DNA of 55,200 nucleotides from Candidatus Neomicrothrix sp. (GCA_017852795.1 JAFMKU010000008.1:1-55200); one strand, 5' to 3'. Positions 17,777 through 29,078 are shown, numbered from the stretch's first letter. The notes: generated by a model not told the origin, from the letters alone. Made by a program: numbers and translations.

Positions 17777-19429
17777 CTACTCAGCGGTTGGCGCCGGTTT
17801 CAGCTTGGGCAGCATGATCCCGAGGCGGATCAACCCCAATCCGACCAGCAAGAACAGCAATGCTCGCCACAAAGCCTCGACTTCGGCCATGTCGATGACC
17901 AGCAGCTTGGCAACCGTTACGGCCAACGCCGCCAGACCCACCCCACCCAGCTCTGGCAACCGCCGGGAGGCCCCGACAACAAAGGCCGCCGCGCCGATCA
18001 CCGCCCAGATCACCGAAACGGTCGCCTGCCCTTGAGGCCCGTGCACAAACAAGGCCGCCACCGTCACCATCAACAACGGAACCAGCGACAACGCCAACCC
18101 GTTGCGAACCCGGCCCGGCCGAAGTGCACGAACCGCGATCCCGAGCAGCACCAACATCACGACCCGAACCACATTGTCACCGACCGACAACTCGTCGAAC
18201 CATGCGTTGATCCCGCCGAACAGCAGGCGGAACGAAACCACACCCAGCAGCAACGACCCGTAAACGAACACCCGCCGGTTTCCGTCCAAGTTGCGGGCCA
18301 AGACCACCAACCCCAAGCCCTGAACGGCCAAACCGACAAACAGCAACTCCCAATGGAGCAACAACAGCAGCAGGCTGACGCTGGCCGCCAGACTCGACCC
18401 GAGCAGCATCGACACCCAGCGGTTCCGGCCAAGGCGCCGTCCAAGCAGCAGCGAACAACCCAACCAGCCCGCAGCGACACCGGCTGCGATCCAACCTGCC
18501 TCATGACGACTGATCGGAGCGGACGTCATGAACGCCACCAGCAGCGCCCACCCGCCGGTCAATGCCAACAGTTGGTTCTCCACCCGTTCAGCCCAGCGCT
18601 GCGGGTCGACAGGGGCCACGGTCACCAGTGAAGCCATCACTCCCAACGCACCGAGCACCACCACGACCCGAACCGACCAGGCATCGGCCTGCCCGGCCGC
18701 GATCACCATGATCAACAGCCCGAGTCCGTGAACAACGACCCGAGCGACCGTCCACCGCCGAATCGCGGCAACACCCCGAGCCAACCCCACCAGCGCCACC
18801 AGCCCGATCACGGTTCGCAGATCGCTTTGTTCCCAATGATCAACCACCAGATAGGCGACCGCTCCCCCGCCCACGATCACCACAGCTAACCATTCGAGGC
18901 GCGCCCGATACATCAACAGCAACGCCAACACTGCCACGACCGAAACCATCACGTAACTGGTGACGTCGTTGGTCTGTTGGAAAAACAGCGATGACGCGAA
19001 CGTGGCGTACAGGCCTGCGACACCCCCGCTGGCTAGCGCCGTGCTCCACCGGGGACGACGCGCTCGAAACCGCAAACCTACGACGATCAAAAACAACGAG
19101 AGCGCGACCGCACCGATCAGTTGCAGGATCGGGCCAACCCAGCCTTTGCTGATCGCGGTCGACGCGGCGAACCCCACGGCGAGCACGACCAACGCCACCC
19201 CACCCCAGGTAAACGCTTCTTCAACCCCGATCCGCTTTCGCGCCGCAGTAAACAGTACTTCTCGGTGGTGTACCGGAGCACCCACCGGAGGTGGCGGAGA
19301 TACCTGCACGACCCGCATGATCTCCACCGGGGGTGAAGCGGGTACTGATGCCGCTACTGGCTGATCTGCTGCTTCCAAACGGGCCACTCGGGCCTCAAGT
19401 TCCGCCAGGCGACGTTCAATGTCCGACAC
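17777..19429 (-). CDS. DUF2339-family membrane protein
   Basis: N-terminal coiled coil (LEARVARLE), WVGP, and C-terminal SVIWA...VAKLLVIDM...WRALLF. Confidence 0.8.
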   Translation of the reverse strand: MSDIERRLAELEARVARLEAADQPVAASVPASPPVEIMRVVQVSPPPPVGAPVHHREVLFTAARKRIGVEEAFTWGGVALVVLAVGFAASTAISKGWVGPILQLIGAVALSLFLIVVGLRFRARRPRWSTALASGGVAGLYATFASSLFFQQTNDVTSYVMVSVVAVLALLLMYRARLEWLAVVIVGGGAVAYLVVDHWEQSDLRTVIGLVALVGLARGVAAIRRWTVARVVVHGLGLLIMVIAAGQADAWSVRVVVVLGALGVMASLVTVAPVDPQRWAERVENQLLALTGGWALLVAFMTSAPISRHEAGWIAAGVAAGWLGCSLLLGRRLGRNRWVSMLLGSSLAASVSLLLLLLHWELLFVGLAVQGLGLVVLARNLDGNRRVFVYGSLLLGVVSFRLLFGGINAWFDELSVGDNVVRVVMLVLLGIAVRALRPGRVRNGLALSLVPLLMVTVAALFVHGPQGQATVSVIWAVIGAAAFVVGASRRLPELGGVGLAALAVTVAKLLVIDMAEVEALWRALLFLLVGLGLIRLGIMLPKLKPAPTAE

Positions 19430-19462
19430 CTGTCCATGGTGGCACAGTTTGAATTCTGTGGG

Positions 19463-21178
19463 TCAGCAGTTCCGGCGAAACACCGGACTGTGATCGGCCG
19501 GGAGCGGATCATGCCCAAGAATCAGATCCGCGGCCTTCTCCGCGATCATCATCGTCGGCGCGTAAATGTTGCCGTTGGAAACGACCGGCATCACCGACGC
19601 ATCGACCACCCGCAACCCCTCCACACCATGCACCCGCATGGTGTCGGGATCAACCACCGCGTTCGGGTCAGACGCGGGCCCCATCTTGCAGGTACAGGAT
19701 GGGTGCAACGCGGTTTCGGCGTCGCGAGCCACCCAGTCAATGATTTCTTGATCGGTGCTCACCGAGGGACCCGGTGAGAGCTCTCCACCGTTGAACGGAC
19801 CAAACGCGGGTTGGTTCAAGATGCCTCGGGCTACCCGCACCGCCTCAACCCATTCGCGCCGGTCTTGTTCGGTGGTCAGATAGTTGAAGGTGACAGCCGG
19901 TTTGACCGTGGGATCGGTGGACGTGATGCGGACGCTTCCCCGCGCATCGGAATACATCGGCCCCACATGGACTTGGTAGCCGTGGCCGCCCTCCGGAGCC
20001 GACCCGTCGTAACGGACCGCAATCGGCAGAAAATGGAACATCAGGTTGGGGTACGGCTCGTTGTCGTTGGATCGAACAAACGCACCAGCCTCGAAATGGT
20101 TCGACGCGGCCGGGCCCCGCCGAAACAACCAGGCCAAACCAATCAGCGGCCGCCGGTACCAGGCCAACTGCGGCTGCAGCGACACCGGTTCGGTGCAGGC
20201 GTATTGGATGTACACCTCGAGGTGATCTTGAAGGTTGGCACCAACCCCAGGTCGGTCAGCAACGACGTCAATCCCCAGCGATTCGAGATGCTGGCGGTCG
20301 CCAACCCCCGACAATTGCAGCAGTTGGGGAGAATTGAACGCGCCACCGCAGGAAATGATTTCGCGGGCAGCAACCCGGTGAGTTCGGGCCCCGCGGGTAC
20401 CGAGACCAAACCGCCCCTGCCGGTATTCGACGCCAACCGCCCGGTTTCCTTCGAACAGGATCCGGTCGGCTTGGGCTCGGGTACGCAACGTCAGATTGGG
20501 ACGGTCAAGAACGGGATGCAGATACGCCCGAGCGGCCGACAACCGGCGGGCCCGGTGCACGTTCTTGTCGAACGCCGCGAACCCTTCCTGGCGAAAACCG
20601 TTCACGTCGTCAGTTCGGCCGTAACCGGCCTGCTCACCGGCTTGCAGCCAGGCCCCGAACAGCGGGCTCGACGCCGGACCCCGTTCAAGCACCAGCGGAC
20701 CTTCAACACCTCGCAGTTCTGCTCCGGGATAGGCATCGGCCTGCGCTCCGGCACCGAGACAGGTTTCCATGCGTTTGAAATAGGGCAGGCACTGCTCGTA
20801 GCTCCACTGTTCCATACCGGGAACAGCAGCCCATTTGTCGAAATCCATCGGGTTGCCCCGTTGGAAAATCATGCCGTTGATGCTCGATGATCCTCCAAGC
20901 ACCTTGCCGCGGGCGTGGTACACCCGGCGCCCGTTCATCCCTGGTTCCGGCTCGGTTTCGTATTTCCAGTCGTACAGCCGGTTGCCGATGGCAAACATGA
21001 GCGCGGCTGGCATGTGGATGTACACATCCCAGCGGTAATCGGGACGGCCCGCTTCGAGCACAAGCACCTGGTTGGACGGATCCGCGCTCAACCGGTTGGC
21101 CAGCGCGCAACCAGCTGAGCCGCCACCAACGATCACGTAGTCGTAAACCTTTTCTTCCGTAAACGACGGTTTGGTCAT
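19463..21178 (-). CDS. betA: Choline dehydrogenase (GMC oxidoreductase)
   Basis: [56 protein letters not shown] 21178 follows GGAG. Confidence 0.9.
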   Translation of the reverse strand: MTKPSFTEEKVYDYVIVGGGSAGCALANRLSADPSNQVLVLEAGRPDYRWDVYIHMPAALMFAIGNRLYDWKYETEPEPGMNGRRVYHARGKVLGGSSSINGMIFQRGNPMDFDKWAAVPGMEQWSYEQCLPYFKRMETCLGAGAQADAYPGAELRGVEGPLVLERGPASSPLFGAWLQAGEQAGYGRTDDVNGFRQEGFAAFDKNVHRARRLSAARAYLHPVLDRPNLTLRTRAQADRILFEGNRAVGVEYRQGRFGLGTRGARTHRVAAREIISCGGAFNSPQLLQLSGVGDRQHLESLGIDVVADRPGVGANLQDHLEVYIQYACTEPVSLQPQLAWYRRPLIGLAWLFRRGPAASNHFEAGAFVRSNDNEPYPNLMFHFLPIAVRYDGSAPEGGHGYQVHVGPMYSDARGSVRITSTDPTVKPAVTFNYLTTEQDRREWVEAVRVARGILNQPAFGPFNGGELSPGPSVSTDQEIIDWVARDAETALHPSCTCKMGPASDPNAVVDPDTMRVHGVEGLRVVDASVMPVVSNGNIYAPTMMIAEKAADLILGHDPLPADHSPVFRRNC

Positions 21179-21237
21179 CGGCGCTCCCTTCACTTGCGAC
21201 CCTCACCCTAGTGGGGTGCTTGGTCTAGCCTCACGCC

Positions 21238-22260
21238 ATGACCGATACCGGGAACGCTCGCAGCGCGGCCACGCTGGTTCCGACTGTGGATCTTGCCAAC
21301 CCCACCACATTGGAACTTGACGCCGTCGATGCTGCCTGCCGTGACCACGGGTTCTTCTTGTTGACCGGGCACGGCGCCGACGAGCTGATCGCTCGCATGT
21401 GGACGGTAACCGAAGCGTTCTTCTCGCAGGGAGCCGAGACCAAAGACCCGGTTCGTCGTAGTGCCGAAAACCCGTTCGGCTACTGGGACCGTGAACTCAC
21501 CAAACGCCGCCGTGACCACAAAGAGGTGTTTGATTACATCGATCCGACGATCGACCAGGCGGCACCCGACCAGCCGGATCGAAACCGTTGGCCCGACCCG
21601 GACCGGTGGGCTGGAGCCGAAGAATTTCAGCGCACGCTCAGCGAGTTCTTTGCCACGTTCGCCGGGTTGGCGACCGACACGTTGGGGATTGTCCGGCAAG
21701 CGCTGGGGTTGCCTGCCGCGTCAACGCCGCAAGAGTTGGGGTTCGTCAACTCGCCGCGTTCGTCAACCGTGCGACTCAACCACTACCCGGTCGGTGATCC
21801 GGTGCCGGCCGCAGAACGCGGCCAGTTGGCGCCGCTGGGCGAAACGGCGCTCGGCTACCACACCGATCCGGGCGTGTTGACGTTGCTGCTTCAGGATCAA
21901 ACCGGTGGGCTTCAGGCCGAATCGGCTACCCATGGTTGGATTGACGTTCCACCGGTTGCCGGGTCGATCGTGGTCAACCTCGGCGACACCATGCAGGTGT
22001 GGACCAACGACCGCTACCGAGCCGCCGTGCATCGGGTGGTGCCAATGACCGAACAGAGTCGCTACAGCATCCCGTTCTTTTCTAACCCGCGGCGCGACGC
22101 CGAACTTGCTCCGCTGCTTGCGGTGCTCGACCGGCACGCAGAAACCACCCGCTACCGCCCGTTTTCGTGGCGTGAATACATCGGCGGCCGCATGTCGGAC
22201 AACTTCGCCGACTACGGGGTTGACGACATCCAAATCAGCCATTTCCGAATTGGCAGGTAA
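21238..22260 (+). CDS. 2-oxoglutarate/Fe(II) dioxygenase, isopenicillin-N-synthase family
   Basis: GFF, RLNHYP, HTD, HRV and RYS facial-triad and 2OG motifs. Confidence 0.9.
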   Translation: MTDTGNARSAATLVPTVDLANPTTLELDAVDAACRDHGFFLLTGHGADELIARMWTVTEAFFSQGAETKDPVRRSAENPFGYWDRELTKRRRDHKEVFDYIDPTIDQAAPDQPDRNRWPDPDRWAGAEEFQRTLSEFFATFAGLATDTLGIVRQALGLPAASTPQELGFVNSPRSSTVRLNHYPVGDPVPAAERGQLAPLGETALGYHTDPGVLTLLLQDQTGGLQAESATHGWIDVPPVAGSIVVNLGDTMQVWTNDRYRAAVHRVVPMTEQSRYSIPFFSNPRRDAELAPLLAVLDRHAETTRYRPFSWREYIGGRMSDNFADYGVDDIQISHFRIGR

Positions 22261-22265
22261 CCGCT

Positions 22266-23816
22266 ATGACCAACGACTCGACCCTGGATCCGGCCGAACC
22301 CGCGCCTCAGGCCACCACCGTCACTGGTGACATCGCTGGCCGTTGGATCACCAGAGGACCAGACGGCGAAACCGATGCCGCACCGATCCAGGCCTACCTC
22401 GGAATCCCGTTTGCCGCCCCTCCGATCGGCAGCCAGCGGTGGTGTTCGCCGGCCCCACCGGAGGCGTGGAACGGCGTTCGAGACTGCACCCGTCCCGGGC
22501 CAGCGGCAATACAGATCCGCCGCCCACCGGGTGGTCCCCTACCGCCTCAGGACTACGACTGCGACGAGGACTGTCTAAACCTCAACGTCTATACCCCGTC
22601 AACCACCGGCCAACGCCCGGTGCTGTTCTGGGTACATGGCGGCTCGTACATGAATGGTCGTGGCGCCAACAACAACGGCACCTTTTTGAGCCGCAACGGT
22701 GACCTGGTGGTGGTCACCGTCAATTACCGGATGGGGCTGCTGGGGTTCATTGATCTGGCCTGGCTTGACCCCGACCGGGCCGGGTCTCACAACCTCGGCA
22801 TTCAGGATCAGATCGCGGCGCTGCGTTGGGTGCGCGACAACATCGCCCAGTTTGGCGGCGATCCAAAGCAGGTAACGATCTGCGGCGAATCGGCTGGCGC
22901 CGGTTCGGTGTTGGCCCTTCTGGCTTCCCCGGCCGCCGACGGTCTCTTTCATCAGGTGATTAGCCAATCGGCTCCCGCCGCGTTTGGGCCTCCAAGCGAT
23001 TCGTTAGCTCGGAAACTGGCCGAACACTTCGGAGCCGAAACGATCGACGACCTCCTAACCCGGTCGGCCGACGAAATCCTCGAAGCGCAACGCCAACTGG
23101 CCGGCGCCGCCATCGCCGAGACCCAACAGGCCGACCCACCAGAACTCCCCGACAACACGGGACGGTTCTTCCGGCCCGCGGTCGATGGCGTGACCGTGAC
23201 CAGAGACGCGGCTCAAGCAGCCGGCGAACGGGGCGTCCCGATTCTGATCGGCACCAACGACGACGAAGGATCCCTGTTTTCGCTCCATCTCAATCCGAAC
23301 CTGACCATCGACGATCTCACTGCGATGGCTGAGGTTCGAGTCGGGGCGTTACGGGCTCGCGAAATCGTCGCCACCTACCAGACGGCCTACCCAGACTTCA
23401 GCCCCCACCAGATTGCGGTGCAGTGGATGGGTGACCTGCGGTTCTGGACCTGCACGTTGGATGTGGCCGACGCAGCCGTGACAGCCGGTACTCCCGTGCA
23501 CGTCTACCGGTTCGGATGGAAAAGCCAGGGTTTGGGGGGAATGTTCGGCGCGATGCACGCCATGGAAATCCCGTTCATCTGGAAAACCCTGCCGGGCTGG
23601 GACGCGTTGTTTGGGACGACACCACCCGCCGATCTCAGCGACGAGATGCACTGGGCCTGGATCAACTACATCAAAACCGGCGATCCGAGCCATCCCGGGA
23701 TTGGCGACTGGGCCCCGTACAACCTTGCTACTCGGCCGACGATGCGGTTCGACACGGTGACCGAAATGGTGACGGATCCGGGGGCGAGCACCCACCGGGT
23801 CTGGCGTCAGCCCTGA
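22266..23816 (+). CDS. Type-B carboxylesterase/lipase
   Basis: GIPFA, EDCLNLNV, HGG, GESAG nucleophile, GTNDDEG, GAMHAMEI. Confidence 0.93.
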   Translation: MTNDSTLDPAEPAPQATTVTGDIAGRWITRGPDGETDAAPIQAYLGIPFAAPPIGSQRWCSPAPPEAWNGVRDCTRPGPAAIQIRRPPGGPLPPQDYDCDEDCLNLNVYTPSTTGQRPVLFWVHGGSYMNGRGANNNGTFLSRNGDLVVVTVNYRMGLLGFIDLAWLDPDRAGSHNLGIQDQIAALRWVRDNIAQFGGDPKQVTICGESAGAGSVLALLASPAADGLFHQVISQSAPAAFGPPSDSLARKLAEHFGAETIDDLLTRSADEILEAQRQLAGAAIAETQQADPPELPDNTGRFFRPAVDGVTVTRDAAQAAGERGVPILIGTNDDEGSLFSLHLNPNLTIDDLTAMAEVRVGALRAREIVATYQTAYPDFSPHQIAVQWMGDLRFWTCTLDVADAAVTAGTPVHVYRFGWKSQGLGGMFGAMHAMEIPFIWKTLPGWDALFGTTPPADLSDEMHWAWINYIKTGDPSHPGIGDWAPYNLATRPTMRFDTVTEMVTDPGASTHRVWRQP

Positions 23817-25522
23817 CGTTTCTGAATGTTGGCCCATTCGTCGCGCAGCCCGACGGTGCGATGGAACCGGGTCGGTGATGTGTTCGGGTCATCGTCAAGG
23901 TCACGCGCGAAATAGCCGAGTCGTTCGAACTGCACGACCTCACCGGGGGCGATGTCAGCCAGCGCCGGTTCGGCTTTGGCGGTTCGAGTCAACCGCGAGT
24001 CCGGGTTGAGTGACGCCATCGGATCGGCGCCGTCGGCACCGGGAAGCGCTTCGGTGAACAGCCGCTCGTACAACTCCACCTTTACGTCAAGAGCCGTCTC
24101 GGCCGCGACCCAATGAATGGTGGCTTTGACTTTGCGACCATCGGGGGCTTGCCCACCGGCGGTTTCTGGATCGTAGGTACAGATCAGACGGATGACCTCA
24201 CCGTCAGGACCGGTTTCGACATCGTTGCAGGTTATGAAGTAGCCAGCCCGTAGACGCACTTCGCGGCCGGGAGCCAGCCGGAAAAACTTGCTGGGCGGGT
24301 CGAGCATGAAATCGTCGCGTTCGATAAACAACCGACCCGAGAACGGCACTTCTCGAACACCGGCAGTGTCGTCCTCAGGGTTGTTGATCGCCTCGCGGGT
24401 GTCGGTCTGTCCGTCAGGCCAGTTCGTGATCACCACTTCGAGCGGATCAAGCACCGCCATCCGTCGCAGGGCCGTTGCGTTGTGTTGGCGCCGCACGAAC
24501 GACTCCAACAATTCGATCTCGTGGGTGCCGTTGACTCGGGCGATCCCGATGTGCCCGCAGAAGTCGCGGATGGCCTGCGCCGGGTAGCCGCGTCGGCGAA
24601 GGCCGCGCACGGTCGGCATTCGGGCATCATCCCAACCATCCACATGGCCGTCGTCAACCAGTTGCAGCAGCCGCCGTTTGCTGAGCACGGTGTGGGTCAG
24701 GTTGAGGCGAGCAAACTCGGTTTGGCGGGGCCGGTCGTCGCCTAACCCAAGCGCTCCGTGGAACCAGTCGTAGAGCGGCCGGTGACTATCAAACTCCAAC
24801 GTGCACAACGAATGGGTGGTGCCTTCGATGGCGTCCGACTGGCCATGAGCCCAGTCGTAGGTCGGATAGATCACCCAGCTATCGCCGGTACGAAAGTGAT
24901 GCTGATTGCGGATCCGGTACATCACCGGGTCACGCATCTGCATGTTTTCGTGGTTCATGTCGATCTTGGCCCGCAGCACCCGTTGACCTTCGCCAAACTC
25001 ACCGGCCGTCATCCGCTCAAACAAGTCCCGGTTCTCGTCCACGCTGCGATCCCGCCACGGCGAATCCACACCGGGGGTGGTGAAACCGCCACGGTTCTCC
25101 GAGATCGTTTCTGCGTCTTGGTCGTCGACGTAGGCCAGACCTTGTTCGATGAGCTGCACCGCCCAGCGGTGAAGTTGATCAAAATAGTCCGAGGCGTACA
25201 CGACCTCAGACGGTTCAAAGCCGAGCCAGGCCAGATCTTCACGGATCGCGGCTACGTAGCGTTCGTCTTCGGTTTCCGGGTTGGTGTCGTCGAAACGAAG
25301 CACCGTGCGACCGCCGTGTTCGGCCGCGACGCCAAAGTTCAGACAAATCGATTTGGCGTGCCCGATGTGTAGAAAGCCGTTGGGCTCCGGCGGGAACCTG
25401 GTCTGAACCCGGCCGCCGTACGGGCCATGATCCGCGTCGCTTTGAATCAGTTCCCGAATGAAGTCCGTACCGGAGTTGCTGGTAACCCGGCCGCCTTCGT
25501 TGTCGTTGGGTTCTGCTTCCAC
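23807..25522 (-). CDS. glnS: Glutamine--tRNA ligase
   Basis: TRFPPEPNGFLHIGH, RFDDTNP, RDPVMYR, HSLCTLEF, VLSKR, RLAPGREVRLR, QFERLGYF. GTG 25522 preferred as start because longer starts overlap the divergent gene. Confidence 0.93.
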   Translation of the reverse strand: MEAEPNDNEGGRVTSNSGTDFIRELIQSDADHGPYGGRVQTRFPPEPNGFLHIGHAKSICLNFGVAAEHGGRTVLRFDDTNPETEDERYVAAIREDLAWLGFEPSEVVYASDYFDQLHRWAVQLIEQGLAYVDDQDAETISENRGGFTTPGVDSPWRDRSVDENRDLFERMTAGEFGEGQRVLRAKIDMNHENMQMRDPVMYRIRNQHHFRTGDSWVIYPTYDWAHGQSDAIEGTTHSLCTLEFDSHRPLYDWFHGALGLGDDRPRQTEFARLNLTHTVLSKRRLLQLVDDGHVDGWDDARMPTVRGLRRRGYPAQAIRDFCGHIGIARVNGTHEIELLESFVRRQHNATALRRMAVLDPLEVVITNWPDGQTDTREAINNPEDDTAGVREVPFSGRLFIERDDFMLDPPSKFFRLAPGREVRLRAGYFITCNDVETGPDGEVIRLICTYDPETAGGQAPDGRKVKATIHWVAAETALDVKVELYERLFTEALPGADGADPMASLNPDSRLTRTAKAEPALADIAPGEVVQFERLGYFARDLDDDPNTSPTRFHRTVGLRDEWANIQKRQG

Positions 25523-25592
25523 CCCGCTATCCAACCGGTCCTCGACACGCACTGCAACACGCGGACGCCGGTTCACCTGCCAGAATGCTGAC

Positions 25593-26774
25593 GTGACTGA
25601 GCGGCTTCCCCTCGACGGCCTTCGGGTGATCGACTTCTCACGGGTGTTGGCTGGTCCGCTGATCGGCCAGTTGCTCGGTGATCTCGGAGCCGAAGTCATC
25701 AAGGTGGAACGGCCGGGTTCGGGCGACGACACCCGCACCTGGGGTCCTCCGTGGAAAGACGACGACCCGTCGGCAGAACGCGAAGCCACCTATTACCTGT
25801 CGTTGAACCGCAACAAACGGTCGATCGTTTTGGATCTCAAAGACCCTGACGACGCGCAGTTCGCCCGGCGTTTGGCCCTCACCGGTGACATTGTGCTCGA
25901 CAATTTCAAACCGGGTTTGATGGCTGAACTGGGGCTCGATCGGGAGTCGCTGGCCGAGGACAGACCCGACATCATCACCGCCACCGTGACCGCGTTCGGA
26001 TCGCGTTCTGGGGCGGCTGAGCTACCGGGGTACGACCTGGTGGCGCAGGCCATGGGTGGGTTGATGCACCTGACCGGCGAAGCCGACGGCCGACCGCTTC
26101 GGGTTGGGGTGCCAATCGTGGACATGCTGACCGGCTACAACGCCACCGTTGGTGTGCTGGCGGCGTTGGCCGATCGCAACGTTTCGGGGCTAGGTCGTCA
26201 CATCGAAGTGTCCTTGTTTGACACGGCGCTGGCTGCCCTGCTCAACCACCACACCGGAGTGCTCATGGGTGGCGCCGACCCAGCTCGGGGTGGAAACCGG
26301 CATCCGTCGATCGCTCCGTATGAAAGCTATTCGTGTGCCGACGGTGACATCATCGTCGCCGCCGCCAACGACAAACTCTTCGCCGGACTGTGTCGAGCAT
26401 TGGGCTGCACCGAACTGCTCGACGATGCCCGATTCGCGAACAACACCGACCGCCGGGCCAACGTCGAACCACTCAACGAGGTCATCAATTCGGTGTTAGC
26501 GACCGATACCCGGACGGTCTGGATCGAACGGATCCGAGCTGAGGACGTGCCGTGTGGTCCGATCAACTCCTTGCCGGAGGCGATCGCCTGGGGCCAGGAA
26601 ATGCGGACCGAAACGTTGGTCACCGGCCAAGACGGCTACGTCGCGGTTCGCAATCCGATCCGGGTCAACGACATCGCGTTGACTTCGGCCCGGCGCCCGC
26701 CGAGGCTTGGCGAACACAGCGACGAGATCCGAGCCGAGGTCGACGGCGGGCCGGTTACTCCCCGCGACGAATGA
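25593..26774 (+). CDS. Family III CoA-transferase (CaiB/BaiF)
   Basis: DFSRVLAGP, GAEVIKVE, NRNKRS, GYD catalytic Asp, PPRLGEH. Confidence 0.92.
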   Translation: MTERLPLDGLRVIDFSRVLAGPLIGQLLGDLGAEVIKVERPGSGDDTRTWGPPWKDDDPSAEREATYYLSLNRNKRSIVLDLKDPDDAQFARRLALTGDIVLDNFKPGLMAELGLDRESLAEDRPDIITATVTAFGSRSGAAELPGYDLVAQAMGGLMHLTGEADGRPLRVGVPIVDMLTGYNATVGVLAALADRNVSGLGRHIEVSLFDTALAALLNHHTGVLMGGADPARGGNRHPSIAPYESYSCADGDIIVAAANDKLFAGLCRALGCTELLDDARFANNTDRRANVEPLNEVINSVLATDTRTVWIERIRAEDVPCGPINSLPEAIAWGQEMRTETLVTGQDGYVAVRNPIRVNDIALTSARRPPRLGEHSDEIRAEVDGGPVTPRDE

Positions 26775-27744
26775 TGGCGTCAGCCGCAGCCCGTCCTGAC
26801 CGGAAGGCGCCTTCGACTTTGGGACCATCGAACGCTTCGCCGGCGAGGGCGATGATCGGATCGGTTCCCCAGAGGACGGTGGGTTCGGGCCAGCAGGCCA
26901 CCGGTCCGGCGTAGCGCCACCGCTGCACCTGAAATGCGACGATGCGGTCTGGGTTGGCGGCCGGGCCGAGCAAATGAGCCGCGGCAGCTAACGCTCGTTC
27001 GAGCAGCACCGAGTCGGGTTCGTCCCAAAGCAGTTCGCTGGTCGCGTTCGACAAGTGGATGGTCAGCGCAGGAACCTCAGAGATGCCTTTGGCTTGGTTG
27101 TCGGCAACGAACGCAAGATCCGGGTGTTCAGGATCGTCGTGGTGTTGGCTGGCCCCGAACGGCGGCAAGCCGTCGGGCGCGTCGTTCGGCACGACCAAAA
27201 CGGTGATCGTCGGTTGGTACTGGATCTGAGCTAACCGGTGGGCCAATCCCGGTTCGGGAAGCAGACCACAGAACGCCATGGTGGCTAGCGCTTGAGGAAC
27301 CGGTGCGGTGTGAATGACCGCGGTCGCAGGTCGTTCGGCGAGTTCTCGACCCAGATCATCGATGCGATACCCCAATTCGGGGGTGACTCCGGCCCGGTGC
27401 TGAAGCCATTTAGCCAAAGCCGTCATCGCGTCAGTTCCCCTCCAGCGGGGGTGCCCGTCGGGTTCGGCACCGAACCCTCGGGTCCATTCGGTTACCGCCC
27501 CATCGCGAACCGCGGCGTCAACAAGCGCAGCAAACTCGGAACTGCGACTGGTAAAGAATTGGGCGCCGTGGTCAAACCGGGCCTCACCCAGCTCGCAGGT
27601 CAACCGCCGGGACGCCATCCGGCCCCCAACCCCTCGGCTTTTGTCCACCATTCGGATCTGGTCGGGACCCAGCCCGTGCTCCACCAGTCGATCGGCGGCG
27701 GCAAGGCCAGCGATCCCGGCCCCGATGATCAAAACGTTCATCAC
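26755..27744 (-). CDS. Renalase-like FAD-dependent oxidoreductase
   Basis: GAGIAG, DKSRGVGGRMASRR, DHGAQFF, QRWRYA, VEGAFRSG. Confidence 0.88.
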   Translation of the reverse strand: MMNVLIIGAGIAGLAAADRLVEHGLGPDQIRMVDKSRGVGGRMASRRLTCELGEARFDHGAQFFTSRSSEFAALVDAAVRDGAVTEWTRGFGAEPDGHPRWRGTDAMTALAKWLQHRAGVTPELGYRIDDLGRELAERPATAVIHTAPVPQALATMAFCGLLPEPGLAHRLAQIQYQPTITVLVVPNDAPDGLPPFGASQHHDDPEHPDLAFVADNQAKGISEVPALTIHLSNATSELLWDEPDSVLLERALAAAAHLLGPAANPDRIVAFQVQRWRYAGPVACWPEPTVLWGTDPIIALAGEAFDGPKVEGAFRSGRAAADAIIRRGE

Positions 27745-27788
27745 TCAGCTATCCATCAAGAAGCCGACGTGGTGCAGTCGGTTGATGG

Positions 27789-29078
27789 CTAGGACGGCCA
27801 GGGGACGCCGTAGTCGTCGAACCACCAGCGAGCTTCGCGGATGGCGTTGGGATCGGTCCGACGGTCGAGGTCTTGGTGAAGGTCGGTCGGTCGGGGGCCA
27901 ATCTCGGCCGCAATCTCGTTGAGTGCGCCTTCATCGAGCCCGTAGCAACGCACCGCGTTGAGACCAAGCAGCAGACGGGTTTCTTCGACCGGGATCTCGG
28001 TGAAGTCGGTTTCGAGCCGCGTCCGGGTGTGGGGCCACGACCCTTCCGGATGGGGATAGTCGGTGCCCCACATGAGGGCGTCGACTCCGTTGACGTAGCG
28101 ACGACGAAGTTCCACTTTGGCCATGGTGGAGGCGCCGATGAACACGTTGGTTCCGACGTACTCCGACGGGAGTCGCTCAATGAGTCCCTTGGTGCGGGAA
28201 CTCATCTTCTTGACCTTCCAGTTCGTGCCACCAAACATGACGTCGGTCTTCCAGAGAAGATCGCCGAGCCACCAAGATCCGCATTCCACCGGTGCGTATT
28301 TGAAGTTCGGGAACTTGTCGAATTTGCCCGACAACAGGAACTGCCAGAGCGGCCGGTGGGTCCAGAACGCCACTTCGAGCATGTACTGGGCCATGTTCTC
28401 GTTGTAGGCCTCGGTGTCGGCCTCACCCGAATGGGTGTGCACGACCAGCCCCGTTTCGTGACATGCCTGCCAGATCGGGTCGTACATTTCGTGGCCGTAC
28501 GAAGGGGCACCGTGCCACATGGTGGGGATCATGATCCCGCGGATACCAGGCTTGTCCGCTAGCGCATACACCTCTTTGACCGACTCCTCGACCCCGTGGG
28601 TTACCGGCACCAGCGCCACACCGGCGCGACGAGGCGGATTGGATGCACAGAACTCTTCGAGCCAACGGTTATGCGCTCGGGCCCCGGCCCAGGCCAGCTT
28701 CGGATCGGTGATCACGCCAGCTTGAAGACCCGCACCAAACGGCGGAGCTTCCATACCGGTAACCGCATCACCATCGGCGAAGATCACCTCGCCAGCAATA
28801 CCGTCCGCGTCGAGGGCCTTGTCGCGAATGTCGGGGTCGTAGGCACCTTTGAGGCCCCATTCGTTCTCGGTTTCCCACTGTTCGACATAGTCGCCGTTGA
28901 GTTCCTCAACCATGGCCCGATGCTCATGACGAGTCTTGAGCCATTCATCGAACTGATCGTGAACCGAGCTTTCGAGGTACTCCCGATAGTCCTCAACGTA
29001 GAGCCCGGCATGGGTGTCTGAGCTGACAATGACATACGGATCGTTCGAGGTATTGATGCCTTCAAGTGGGTTGGCCAT
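27789..29078 (-). CDS. Amidohydrolase_2-family metal-dependent hydrolase
   Basis: SSDTHA, HNRWL, YDPIW, HTHSG, WGTDYPHPEGSWP. Confidence 0.88.
   Translation of the reverse strand: MANPLEGINTSNDPYVIVSSDTHAGLYVEDYREYLESSVHDQFDEWLKTRHEHRAMVEELNGDYVEQWETENEWGLKGAYDPDIRDKALDADGIAGEVIFADGDAVTGMEAPPFGAGLQAGVITDPKLAWAGARAHNRWLEEFCASNPPRRAGVALVPVTHGVEESVKEVYALADKPGIRGIMIPTMWHGAPSYGHEMYDPIWQACHETGLVVHTHSGEADTEAYNENMAQYMLEVAFWTHRPLWQFLLSGKFDKFPNFKYAPVECGSWWLGDLLWKTDVMFGGTNWKVKKMSSRTKGLIERLPSEYVGTNVFIGASTMAKVELRRRYVNGVDALMWGTDYPHPEGSWPHTRTRLETDFTEIPVEETRLLLGLNAVRCYGLDEGALNEIAAEIGPRPTDLHQDLDRRTDPNAIREARWWFDDYGVPWPS

Noticed and set aside
22266-23816. Carboxylesterase as a substitute kynurenine formamidase
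   Set aside because: It is a full-length type-B esterase coupled to a 2OG oxygenase gene, with no positional or motif link to the kyn operon.
27789-29078. Amidohydrolase_2 protein as the missing ACMS decarboxylase
   Set aside because: It is about 430 aa with a DTH metal motif rather than the HxH of ACMSD, and it lies 13 kb from the operon. It fits the generic actinobacterial amidohydrolase type.
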